A DNA stretch of 64,000 nucleotides, taken from the sequence record NC_061440.1. The stretch is one strand, 5' to 3'. Positions 10,510 through 19,176 of the stretch are shown here, piece after piece (the first letter of the stretch is position 1; each line of letters begins with the position of its first letter). A program made the position numbers and the translations under genes. The notes below the pieces were generated by a model. That model was not told where the DNA came from. It made no database searches and worked only from the letters and a program-made list of their open reading frames with translations.

Positions 10510-11102
10510 TGGATTTATCTGCATTAGGTTACGCACCGAAGCAGTTCCGAGTAATCCCCGTTGAGAAGGGCAACCTCGTGACTGACTTCATTCAAGGTAA
10601 GTTCCGCGTTATCGGCGTTGAGTGCAACGCTCGTGGTGCTTACGGAAGCCCGATTCAAAAGAGTATTGCCCGTCGTTTCCCTGAAGTCGTGAACCGCGTC
10701 AACGCCGTTGATTACGAACACGAATTAACAATCGGTAAGACGCATTTGGTTCGCGTTCGCACTCAAGCCCGCCGTGATTTGTTTGTTGCTAACATGCACA
10801 TTGCGCGCGGCTTTGGTCTGGGTCTGAATGGTTCGTCTGAGGGGCATCATAAGCCCGTTAACCGTTTCAGTGAAAAGTTCCTGACGCGAGCGTTTGAACA
10901 TCTGCTGGAGCAGTGCGATAAAGAAAACATCGCACCAGACCGACAGATTGCTATTCAGCGTTTCTATGGCGGACTCGGCGGAGTTTCTTGGGAAGAGGTT
11001 TGTGTTGTGCTCGATGCTATCTGTGAGAAGCACCAGTTCAACATGTATGCCTACTTGCCAAAGAACTACAATACTAACTACGTGCGGGGTTCCGCGCAAT
11101 AA
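10509..11102 (+). CDS. macrodomain protein (Poa1p/DarG-like ADP-ribose processing fold)
   Basis: GNLV...ECNARGAYG...IARRFP, VANM, and GGLGGVSWEEV motifs. Confidence 0.7.
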   Translation: MDLSALGYAPKQFRVIPVEKGNLVTDFIQGKFRVIGVECNARGAYGSPIQKSIARRFPEVVNRVNAVDYEHELTIGKTHLVRVRTQARRDLFVANMHIARGFGLGLNGSSEGHHKPVNRFSEKFLTRAFEHLLEQCDKENIAPDRQIAIQRFYGGLGGVSWEEVCVVLDAICEKHQFNMYAYLPKNYNTNYVRGSAQ

Positions 11103-11117
11103 CTCTGGGGTGTATTG

Positions 11118-11450
11118 ATGAACACAATACGCGGATTTGATTGGCTCTTTTACGGAGATGGAACCGATAGTGGCCAACACTCAATTGTAAGTCTTGTTGT
11201 CGATCAGACAGCAAAATCAATACAGGTAGAAGTAGAGCCAGGATGCGCCGTACCTGTAATTCAAGCGATTCAGGAAAATGATGTCCTGTACGCTCAGGCC
11301 GAAGCTGGCCTCTATCGTATTCGTTACAGTTGCTCGTTCCGAACGTTGGATGCTAACGTCTTCCCGCCCACCAAGACTAACTTCCAGTTGAAGTTGATCG
11401 CGTGTGACTTCCTTGCGGGTGTTACTACTCACGATAAACTTCTGGACTAA
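11118..11450 (+). CDS. hypothetical protein
   Basis: ORF in operon. Confidence 0.65.
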   Translation: MNTIRGFDWLFYGDGTDSGQHSIVSLVVDQTAKSIQVEVEPGCAVPVIQAIQENDVLYAQAEAGLYRIRYSCSFRTLDANVFPPTKTNFQLKLIACDFLAGVTTHDKLLD

Positions 11451-11455
11451 GCACT

Positions 11456-12214
11456 ATGATTACAGTAAAGAATATTGAACTGCGTTTGAAAAGAATAGAC
11501 TATACTCGGCCTTCACCGACCCGTGAACGGCTTGAGGAACTTGTGGCTGATGGACGTTCACGTATCTTGAAGTCGGCGCAGATTGATGGACTGTGTCCTG
11601 AATCTGATCGTTACTTTGAGTTCTGCCTGTCGCAAGTTGGTTCATTCTGCACTGCATCATACAACGCTGTGGAGATCGCTCTCTGCATCGGCCTGCAACC
11701 TATCCACGTTGCTGCCGCTATCAGCGTTCACGGTTTCGAATGGTCGCATAGACTCTTGGGTCTCAAGCGTTTTGCCTCCCTCGATCGTGGTGGCTTTACC
11801 GTCTGGAAATCTGCTGACTCTTGGTTCTCGTTATGCGAAGCGCAACGTCGAGCTACTGCCGTACGTGGTGATCAGGTTATCTCTACTGGTCAGTCTAAGC
11901 TGCGTCAGGCTGTACGCAACGGCGACATGGCCAAGATACTTGAGATTGCTCAATCGCATCCCCACCGCATGATGAGCATTCTCGATGTACGCAAAGAGCT
12001 TTATAGTGACCCGCGTTTGGAGAAATCTAAGCGCGAACGCGAAGCCAAGAAAAAAGAACTGGCTGCCGAAGGTAAGAAGTTAGCTGAACGCGGTTCGTAC
12101 AACGATCTTGGTACTGTATTCAACGGGCCAATTACCAAACCAGATCGCACTCGTGGTATTGATGATTCTTCTCAAACACGAAGTACGGTTAGTGGTCGTC
12201 GTTTTCGTGTCTGA
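11456..12214 (+). CDS. hypothetical protein
   Basis: 252-aa ORF in operon. Confidence 0.65.
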   Translation: MITVKNIELRLKRIDYTRPSPTRERLEELVADGRSRILKSAQIDGLCPESDRYFEFCLSQVGSFCTASYNAVEIALCIGLQPIHVAAAISVHGFEWSHRLLGLKRFASLDRGGFTVWKSADSWFSLCEAQRRATAVRGDQVISTGQSKLRQAVRNGDMAKILEIAQSHPHRMMSILDVRKELYSDPRLEKSKREREAKKKELAAEGKKLAERGSYNDLGTVFNGPITKPDRTRGIDDSSQTRSTVSGRRFRV

Positions 12215-12266
12215 AAAACAGATAACGGTAATTTCGACAGGTCAAAACAAATAACGGAACACTATC

Positions 12267-13037
12267 ATGAGCAACGTTGATAAAACAATGCCACAAGGTC
12301 GCTGGGAATTTAATGAGCCAGTTGCTGCTGTCTTCGATAACATGTTGCAAAACTCCATTCCTTCGTATGACCGTATGCGCGACCTGACCTATCGTCTTGG
12401 TCGCCAGTTCGTAACTCCAGGTACGGCCATCGTTGATTTGGGCGCATCGCTCGGTCGCGCTATCGAACCATTCTGTGCTGAGTTCGGCGAGTACCATTAT
12501 ATTCATGCTGCTGACCGTCCCGAGCCAGATCGTGAAATCGGCAATCATTACTGCTGTTATGAAGTCGCACCGGCAATGCTTGAGCGTCTTCGTCAAAACG
12601 AAGTGCTGGTCAAGGCCAAAGCGAAAATCAGTAGTGAGTCGCTGGTTGAAGTCGATACTTTCCGCTTCGACGAGCAGGTTGAGTGCTCCCTGATTCTGAG
12701 TGTGCTGACTCTCCAGTTCACTCCTATCGAACATCGCCAACACATTCTGGAGAAAGTGTACGACTCTCTGGAGAAAGGCGGTGCTTTCATTCTGGTTGAG
12801 AAAGTGTTGGGTGACGACAACTTCCTTGACCGTTTGCTGGTAGACACCTACTACGGCATGAAGGGCGACAACGGTTATTCGCAAGAATCTATTGCGACTA
12901 AGCGCAAAGCTCTCGAAGGCGTACTGGTGCCTGTGAAAGCTGCATGGAACGAAGAACTGCTGCGTAAAGCAGGCTTCAACCGTGTGGAGTGTTTCTACCG
13001 CGACCTGAACTTTGCTGGATGGATCGCAGTCAAATAA
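12267..13037 (+). CDS. cmoA: CmoA-like carboxy-S-adenosylmethionine synthase
   Basis: Colinear with E. coli CmoA as recalled: W.F.E.VA.VF..M...S.P.Y, DLGASLG, TLQF, GG..IL.EK, NGYS, and KR..LE with the catalytic Arg equivalent retained. Confidence 0.88.
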   Translation: MSNVDKTMPQGRWEFNEPVAAVFDNMLQNSIPSYDRMRDLTYRLGRQFVTPGTAIVDLGASLGRAIEPFCAEFGEYHYIHAADRPEPDREIGNHYCCYEVAPAMLERLRQNEVLVKAKAKISSESLVEVDTFRFDEQVECSLILSVLTLQFTPIEHRQHILEKVYDSLEKGGAFILVEKVLGDDNFLDRLLVDTYYGMKGDNGYSQESIATKRKALEGVLVPVKAAWNEELLRKAGFNRVECFYRDLNFAGWIAVK

Positions 13038-13048
13038 GGTAAAACGAA

Positions 13049-14104
13049 ATGAGCGTAAGTGGTGATATTTATAACATCCCTCAACCGTTCGCCATGTATT
13101 GTGGCAACTGTGAAACTCGTGCTCAGGCAAAAGTTGCCTCAGGCACAATTGAATGGGCGTCAGAGAAAGTCTGCTGCGTTGTCGCCGACGATAACGGCCT
13201 GTTCCCTGATGTGCCTCACATCAACATTGCAAGCGTCCATGCTACAGATGCGCGTACTCTGGTAATCGGCTGTGCACCGTTCGGCGGTAAGATTGACGAG
13301 CACATGGACCGCACTATTCGCAGTGCTATCTATCGTGGTCTGAACGTTGCTGCTGCAATGCACAATCGTCTGGCAGACAATCCTGAATACGTTGCGCTGG
13401 CTGAACAGTACAATGTCAAGCTGTACGACTTCCGTCACCGTCCTGACGCGTACCCACTCGGTACTGGTGAGAAGCGCAAAGGCATTCGTCTGCTGACTGT
13501 CGGCACAGATAGTTCCTGCGGTAAAAAGTTCACGACGCTGACGCTACACCGTGTTCTGAAAAAGATTCACGACGACACGGTGTTCTGCTCAACTGGCCAG
13601 ACTGGTTTCCTGATCAGCAATTGCGGCATCAACAACGATACGCTGGTAGCTGACTTCCTTGCTGGTGCCGCTGAGTCCTTATCGCCTGACGGCCCTGCTG
13701 ATCGTATCTATCTGATCGAAGGCCAGGGCGCAATCACTCACCCAGCGTACACTGGCGGCAGCATGAGTCTGATTGCTGGCTCGCAGCCTGACTACTTCAT
13801 CATGTGTCATGCGTGGGGACGTAAGAATCAGCTCGGTGTTAAACGCGCACCTGACCTTGCTTTCGAACTGAAGGCTAATCTGGATGCAGCAGCCATTCAC
13901 GGTCTTACTCCTAAGTATCTGGGCATCAGTATCAACTTCTCCGAGAGCGGCCTGACCATCGAAGAACAAGACGCTGAGATGTGCGCTCTGGAAGACCTGT
14001 ACGACATTCCAGTGTTCGACCCGTCGCGTGATAGTATCGTCATCAAAGAGATGGCCCATCATCTCAAGACGACTGTAATATTCAGGAGCGAGTCGAATGG
14101 CTAA
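13049..14104 (+). CDS. DUF1611 family P-loop protein (DgcN-like)
   Basis: GLNVAAAMH, LLTVGTDSSCGKKFT, STGQTG, DFLAGAAE, IEGQGAITHPAY, GSQPD motifs typical of DUF1611. Confidence 0.85.
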   Translation: MSVSGDIYNIPQPFAMYCGNCETRAQAKVASGTIEWASEKVCCVVADDNGLFPDVPHINIASVHATDARTLVIGCAPFGGKIDEHMDRTIRSAIYRGLNVAAAMHNRLADNPEYVALAEQYNVKLYDFRHRPDAYPLGTGEKRKGIRLLTVGTDSSCGKKFTTLTLHRVLKKIHDDTVFCSTGQTGFLISNCGINNDTLVADFLAGAAESLSPDGPADRIYLIEGQGAITHPAYTGGSMSLIAGSQPDYFIMCHAWGRKNQLGVKRAPDLAFELKANLDAAAIHGLTPKYLGISINFSESGLTIEEQDAEMCALEDLYDIPVFDPSRDSIVIKEMAHHLKTTVIFRSESNG

Positions 14105-14966
14105 ACATCCTCTTCGCAAGCTGTTTGAACAGCACGTAAAGAAAGAGGTCAAAGCCAAAGAAGTGGCCGTTCTGCTTTCGAGTGGCCTCGACGGTTTGGT
14201 TAGCGCACTCGCGGCGCATGATCTCGGCATCAAAGTTCACGCGTTCACGTTCCAGATGGGTGATGAACAGAGCTTCGATAGCAAACACGCTCGCATCGTC
14301 GCAGAGAAGATGGGATGGGAGTTCACTCTGGTTAAAGTGCCGACGTCTGACACTGCAATCGCTAAAGGGTGGAAACAACTCCATGCAAACTTCCGCTGCA
14401 TCAAAAAGCGTGATTATGAGTGTGCGTACCCTATGGTGTACTGCTACAAAGCGATCAAAGATGCTGGCCTGAAATACGTGCTTAGTGGTCTGGTGGCTGA
14501 CGGTTACTTCCTGTATAACCGTAACACGCACATCCAGAAAGTAAGCGGCCCTCACTCTATCGCTGAAAAGTATCACGCGTACCGCACCGAATACTTCCGA
14601 CCGTGGATCAAAAGCGGTAAGAAGTCGCTCGGCGTTGACGGCTATAACCCGAGCGGTATGCTGCAACACGAATTGCTGTGTGACCACTTCGGCCTTGTTC
14701 ACGTTAACCCGTGGATGCAGCCGAAAGTATTTGATTACTTCATCAAGTACACATGGCAAGAGCTAAACATGCCCAAGCAGAAAATGCCAATAACAACGGC
14801 TTGGGCAGATCACATCGCAGTTGTTGGGCATCGTCCACATCGCGGCTATCAAACAGAAGCTGGAGTGCCTGCGCACTTCGAACGCTTACTGGATAATCCT
14901 GAGATCAACTTCAACGGCCGCAAGCGCATCATGGACGTGGCCCGCGATTGGTCAACGAGGACTTAA
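14097..14966 (+). CDS. asparagine-synthetase-like ATP-dependent amide ligase (no glutaminase domain)
   Basis: PP-loop VLLSSGLDG, SGLVADGYF (cf. SG.GADE.F), C-terminal VNPW...V and K.P motifs. Confidence 0.78.
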   Translation: MAKHPLRKLFEQHVKKEVKAKEVAVLLSSGLDGLVSALAAHDLGIKVHAFTFQMGDEQSFDSKHARIVAEKMGWEFTLVKVPTSDTAIAKGWKQLHANFRCIKKRDYECAYPMVYCYKAIKDAGLKYVLSGLVADGYFLYNRNTHIQKVSGPHSIAEKYHAYRTEYFRPWIKSGKKSLGVDGYNPSGMLQHELLCDHFGLVHVNPWMQPKVFDYFIKYTWQELNMPKQKMPITTAWADHIAVVGHRPHRGYQTEAGVPAHFERLLDNPEINFNGRKRIMDVARDWSTRT

Positions 14967-14967
14967 T

Positions 14968-15582
14968 ATGTTTGTACACATCATTGACGGTGGTATTGGT
15001 GGGTCTTATGTTGCTCACCAGTTAATGGAGGCTGGGTTTAAATGTCGCGTTCACTCTCCAAACAACAATCGTGTTCGGGCAGTACATGCGCCGTACCCTT
15101 CGCTTTCTATGGGTCACACTGAACAGGAAATTGAAAAGCATATCGGTAACGTGCTCGGTACGTTTCGCGGTATCTTCCTGATCAGTAGCTACGTGGGTTC
15201 GTTGATTGCAAATCAGATGATTGACCAGTGCGGCCAAAGCGGCAACATCATCACCTGTGACGATCTCAAATGTGGTTCAATACCTGTTGTTGCTTCATCC
15301 ATTTCTGTAAACGTCTATAAGAAGCAAAGACAACTGGCACGTATCTCGCATCGCCTGAAACACTTCGACATTGACCACGAGTTCATTGTCGCGGATAAGG
15401 CTGTGCGTTTTGCTGCTGGTTCGGAGTACGATGAGCACGATGCTCGAAAGGAGTTTAACAACAACGCCAAATTCCTTTCGAGTCCGTCAATGATTGTTGC
15501 TGCACACAAACTCGGTGTGAAGAACAGTATGTACCATAACTATGCGGGACTGGTGCGCGAGTTCCTTGAGAGGCGCCAGTAG
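14968..15582 (+). CDS. hypothetical protein, weak glutamate racemase (MurI)-like N-terminus
   Basis: IIDGGIGG..V (cf. FDSGVGG), APY..S..EQEI, LISSYVGS (cf. IACNTAS); catalytic Cys appears absent. Confidence 0.4.
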   Translation: MFVHIIDGGIGGSYVAHQLMEAGFKCRVHSPNNNRVRAVHAPYPSLSMGHTEQEIEKHIGNVLGTFRGIFLISSYVGSLIANQMIDQCGQSGNIITCDDLKCGSIPVVASSISVNVYKKQRQLARISHRLKHFDIDHEFIVADKAVRFAAGSEYDEHDARKEFNNNAKFLSSPSMIVAAHKLGVKNSMYHNYAGLVREFLERRQ

Positions 15583-15600
15583 CAGTAACGCGAGGGCACG

Positions 15601-15864
15601 ATGATTAATCGCTTTCAATTGAAGAAAGTTCCGACGCTCGAAGCGTGTCAATGGAACGGGGAGAACGTTGAGGAGATGGAGAAGTTCCTCAACGGTCATG
15701 GTCATGTTGTTGGGCGTTATGTCCAGATTGGTGTGCTCGATGAATATCGCAAGCCGTCTATTGCTAACGTGTCTGTAGGCAACTACGCAGTTAAGCATGA
15801 AGACGGTCGGTTCGATGCGATGACAGCAAGCGAACTGATGGACAAATACGTTCTGGCGGATTGA
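15601..15864 (+). CDS. hypothetical protein (conserved phage type, AxQW.GEN motif)
   Basis: GAGGG RBS; EACQWNGEN. Confidence 0.7.
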   Translation: MINRFQLKKVPTLEACQWNGENVEEMEKFLNGHGHVVGRYVQIGVLDEYRKPSIANVSVGNYAVKHEDGRFDAMTASELMDKYVLAD

Positions 15865-15871
15865 GGGCATA

Positions 15872-16327
15872 ATGAATCTGTTTTCTATTTTAAAGCAACA
15901 GGTAAAGAAAGCGCTGTCCACCGAAGCGAATCACGAACCAGAGATTCGTGCGTTGTTCGACTGGCGCTACTCTGTTGAGATCAAAGGCCAGATGTACATT
16001 GTTGGTAAGACTGGAGCAAACACTTGCTTCTATGTCGAGCCTGGTACTGACGAGCCGATTGCGTGTTACCCTGATGCGCTGCTGGAGAAGATTGATCAGT
16101 GGGGCGGAAGCAAGTACGTGACGTATGCCATTTACTTCAAGCGTTTCGAAAGCCCTGTCGCTGAGAATATCAAAGACCTGGAGAAAGCGCTGAAAGGCAA
16201 ACCGAAGTCGTACAAGAAAGGCTACTTCATCTGTGGCGTGACGCCGAAAGGTAAGCGTGTGAAACTCTATCGCTTGCAGCAAGGTCTGTCTGGTATGCAG
16301 TGGGTAGCTGTCGAACCTAAATCGTAA
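15872..16327 (+). CDS. hypothetical protein
   Basis: GAGGG RBS, ORF in operon. Confidence 0.7.
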   Translation: MNLFSILKQQVKKALSTEANHEPEIRALFDWRYSVEIKGQMYIVGKTGANTCFYVEPGTDEPIACYPDALLEKIDQWGGSKYVTYAIYFKRFESPVAENIKDLEKALKGKPKSYKKGYFICGVTPKGKRVKLYRLQQGLSGMQWVAVEPKS

Positions 16328-16357
16328 CAGCACGGCCTGTCCGTGTGAGGAGCAAAT

Positions 16358-16645
16358 ATGATTGACGACATTATTATTGGTCACATCTATCAGTCATCGA
16401 ATGGTCATCCATATAAAGTGGAAGGCCGCGCCGAACACGGGCAAAACCCAGAAGACAAGTGGGTACAACTCCATAACCTGACTCAAACTCCTTTGTATGC
16501 CAAAGGCCATAAGTTCAGTATGCGAGAGTCCGTGTTCAAGGAAGTTTTCTCTGTGTATACAGAAGGAGAGTACCATGAACACAACGTTAAGGCATCATCT
16601 GAAATGCCGCCACTTCGATCCTTCATTCTACCATTGTTGGCTTAG
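16358..16645 (+). CDS. DUF1653-like hypothetical protein
   Basis: GHIYQSSNGHPYKVEGRAEH motif; GAGGAG RBS. Confidence 0.55.
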   Translation: MIDDIIIGHIYQSSNGHPYKVEGRAEHGQNPEDKWVQLHNLTQTPLYAKGHKFSMRESVFKEVFSVYTEGEYHEHNVKASSEMPPLRSFILPLLA

Positions 16646-17088
16646 CGATACGCAAATGACCGTGCCGCTGTTTGGCTTTGATCGAGCAATGCGTGGTCTA
16701 CAGGTCTACACACCAGATGCACCAAAGCACGATAAGAATCCGAAAGCGTGTCGCTACTTCACGCGAGCGTTCGGTGGCAAGCAGTTGGTGTGGGGATCGG
16801 AAATTAAACCTGAACGGGTCGACCGTCTTCTTAACTGAGTCTGTCTTCAAGGCATGTGCGCTACATCGTCTTGGACTCAATGCTTGGTCCGTTCTCGGGT
16901 CTAATGTGAGTGAGCATCTGTATCACCAGCTTCGACTTCTTGGTCTACGTTTCGTCTGTCTTGGTGATAACGATAAAGCAGGACTGGAGTTTAGTCAGAC
17001 GTTCGGACTAGGCGCTGTCAGTGCGGACCTCGATGAGATGACCGATGAGCAGTTGCTTGATTTAACTTTACCCTTCGTAAGGAAATAG
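16575..17088 (+). pseudogene. small TOPRIM (primase-like) gene interrupted by a +1 frameshift near 16800-16804
   Basis: The frame from ATG 16575 reads ...RYFTR...VWGSE. The next frame continues LNLNGSTVFLTESVFKA...LGS...CLGDNDKAG (TOPRIM E and DxD). Removing one A fuses them. Confidence 0.72.
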
Positions 17089-17090
17089 AA

Positions 17091-17519
17091 ATGTCACGCG
17101 AAGTTATCGTCCGTATCTTAGGCCCTGTTGGTGTTGGCAAGTCTGCTGTGTACGCAACTCTGGTCAAAGCGCTGACTCAAATCGGTGTTGACGTCAAACA
17201 TGCCGATGAGAAAGCGTGGAAGTCTCTGGAGAACGCAGGCGAAGTTGAGCTGTCTACCGAAACGCTGAACGAACTCACACCTGTTGTGACGTTTGAAGAA
17301 GCTGGTATTCGCACTGATGCGTCCGCAAGCCAGAACTCTATCATACAGTTCTTTGCTTATGCGCATCTTCCGCCGCACCTGCAAGCTGTGAGCAAACCGT
17401 TCGCTCTGTTGGCCCAAGAGATGGACCAGAACCTTCCACAAGGTCCTGAGAAGTCTGCTGGTCTGCGCAAGCTGCTTGAAGCGAAAGACTGCATGGTTCG
17501 CCAGCTCGTTTCCAAATGA
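17091..17519 (+). CDS. P-loop domain fused to a conserved helical-hairpin domain (Acb2/Tad1-like)
   Basis: GPVGVGKS; C-terminal FFAYAHLP...LP.GPEKSAGLRKLLEAKD..VR. Confidence 0.55.
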   Translation: MSREVIVRILGPVGVGKSAVYATLVKALTQIGVDVKHADEKAWKSLENAGEVELSTETLNELTPVVTFEEAGIRTDASASQNSIIQFFAYAHLPPHLQAVSKPFALLAQEMDQNLPQGPEKSAGLRKLLEAKDCMVRQLVSK

Positions 17520-17839
17520 GTCTCGATCTCTTAGTGCCGCCTATCGGTCTGGAGCGCATTGAGTATCGTAACTACAACTACGACAATGTTAGCCTCAACA
17601 TTTTGAACATCATTAGCGTGGTGCCGAGCGCATTCAAGTCATATCCTGATAATGAAGGCACTCCGTCTATTGCATTCGAAATGCGCGGGCGAGAGAAGCC
17701 TGTCCACTGGATTATCCCTAAAGGGAAGTACGGTGCGAACGCTACGGCGTTGCGGGACAGACTGCTCCATCGTTTGCAGACAGGTGGCTATTCACATTTG
17801 GTGACTGCTGACGAACTGATCGCTGACTTACAGAAATAA
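17516..17839 (+). CDS. hypothetical protein
   Basis: ATGA coupling, followed by a terminator. Confidence 0.65.
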   Translation: MSLDLLVPPIGLERIEYRNYNYDNVSLNILNIISVVPSAFKSYPDNEGTPSIAFEMRGREKPVHWIIPKGKYGANATALRDRLLHRLQTGGYSHLVTADELIADLQK

Positions 17840-17842
17840 CCC

Positions 17843-17870
17843 AAGGGTGGCCATTAGGCTGCCCTTTTCT
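17843..17870 (+). terminator. rho-independent terminator
   Basis: aagggtggcc-atta-ggctgccctt followed by T-run. Confidence 0.8.
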
Positions 17871-17993
17871 GATCTTAGACAACTAAAACAAGCCCATAAG
17901 GACTGAATAGAACCGTGCGTAAAGCGTATAAAACCATGTGTAGGCAGCGTAGAAACACCACCTTTTTCTTGAGCAGTGGGAAGCGCTTAAAAA

Positions 17994-18002
17994 CTGTAAA
18001 TA
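17994..18002 (+). promoter_or_regulatory. phage promoter-like motif CTGTAAATA upstream of the adenine MTase
   Basis: The same 9-mer occurs at 7811, 10463, 25446, 33921, 37894 and 42866, each upstream of a + strand gene start. Confidence 0.65.
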
Positions 18003-18020
18003 CTGATAAAGGAGAGAAAA

Positions 18021-18863
18021 ATGACAGTAATCAGCCCAATCCGATATCAGGGCAATAAGCGAAGCCTTATCCCGATTATTCTTGAGCACACGCCTTCTGT
18101 GCAGGACTGCCCTCGCATGGTGGACGTGTTTGGTGGTAGCGCTACTGTTTGTGCGAACATGCCGCAGAAGTTTCGCGTTTATAACGAACTGAGTCCTCAG
18201 GTGTACGATATCGTTAAGATGTTAGTCGAACAGGACCCGAAGAAAACTCTTGGTCAGGTCAAGCGACTGGTCAAACATTGGTGCCTGACTAACAGCAACG
18301 AAGCGAACTACGATGCGTTTCGTACCGTCGTCCAGAAGAAGCGCACTGCTATCTTGCATTATGTTGCACATCGCCACGCTCATTCGAACATGCTGCGATT
18401 CAACCAGCAAGGTGTGTACAATGTAGGCTTTGGTGATCGTGGTCTGATTGGTAAGTTCGATGAACTGGAACACGAACTCACTACATTCCACAAACATATG
18501 CAGGGCGTTCACCTGACGAACATGAAGTACGGCAAGCTGCTTGGTCGCTTAGGCCACCAGCTAGACTGCAACACGTTCTGCTACTTCGACCCTCCGTACC
18601 TGGCGAGTGGTGCGATGCAGTACGGTAAGTGGACAGAGCAGAATGAACGCAACCTGCTTACGACTCTGGAGCAGTTGAATCGTCGCGGTGTTCCCTGGAT
18701 GTTGAGCAACGTTATCGAGCACAGAGAGTTCTCAAACGATCTGCTAAAGCGTTGGTTAAAGAAACATGCGACAACCGTGCTCTATCCAAACAAAAGCTAT
18801 GCGATGAACAATGGCCAGAGCGGCTCGCATAGCACGATTGAAATTCTGGCAATGAACTATTGA
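18021..18863 (+). CDS. Dam-like (D12 class) DNA adenine methyltransferase
   Basis: RYQGNK, DVFGGS (motif I), YFDPPY (motif IV), N-terminal layout of Dam/T4Dam. Confidence 0.9.
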   Translation: MTVISPIRYQGNKRSLIPIILEHTPSVQDCPRMVDVFGGSATVCANMPQKFRVYNELSPQVYDIVKMLVEQDPKKTLGQVKRLVKHWCLTNSNEANYDAFRTVVQKKRTAILHYVAHRHAHSNMLRFNQQGVYNVGFGDRGLIGKFDELEHELTTFHKHMQGVHLTNMKYGKLLGRLGHQLDCNTFCYFDPPYLASGAMQYGKWTEQNERNLLTTLEQLNRRGVPWMLSNVIEHREFSNDLLKRWLKKHATTVLYPNKSYAMNNGQSGSHSTIEILAMNY

Positions 18864-18870
18864 GGCTGCT

Positions 18871-19176
18871 ATGACTCTGCGTACAAACCAAAAACTTATC
18901 TTCATCTTAAAGGCTCTAACGCGCAAGTTAGAGGAGGTCAACGCTCTCGCCTGGTCAATATCGAAAGATCCCAAAGACACTTGCGGAGCTATTGATATGT
19001 CGGCTATATCTGACTACTCAGATGAAGGTCTGATCAAAGAAATTGAAATGCGCGCCAATCAAATCGAAGAACGTAAGCGATACATTGCGAGTCTTCATGG
19101 TGGCGCTGATGGCCACTGCCGTGCTGCGAATAATCAAGCCGATGCAATCTATCAACGTTATTGTGGGAAAAGATAA
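18871..19176 (+). CDS. hypothetical protein
   Basis: GAGG RBS, in operon. Confidence 0.6.
   Translation: MTLRTNQKLIFILKALTRKLEEVNALAWSISKDPKDTCGAIDMSAISDYSDEGLIKEIEMRANQIEERKRYIASLHGGADGHCRAANNQADAIYQRYCGKR

Noticed and set aside
12267-13037. cmoA as a simple tRNA-modification auxiliary gene
   Set aside because: No cmoB partner in the window; the operon context and the Arg-substituted C5-MTase better fit DNA modification, though a tRNA role is not excluded
12189-13148. 319-aa - strand ORF over cmoA, and similar long antisense ORFs (e.g. 25922-26845, 50100-50876)
   Set aside because: They fully overlap well-supported genes on the other strand, as expected from biased codon usage
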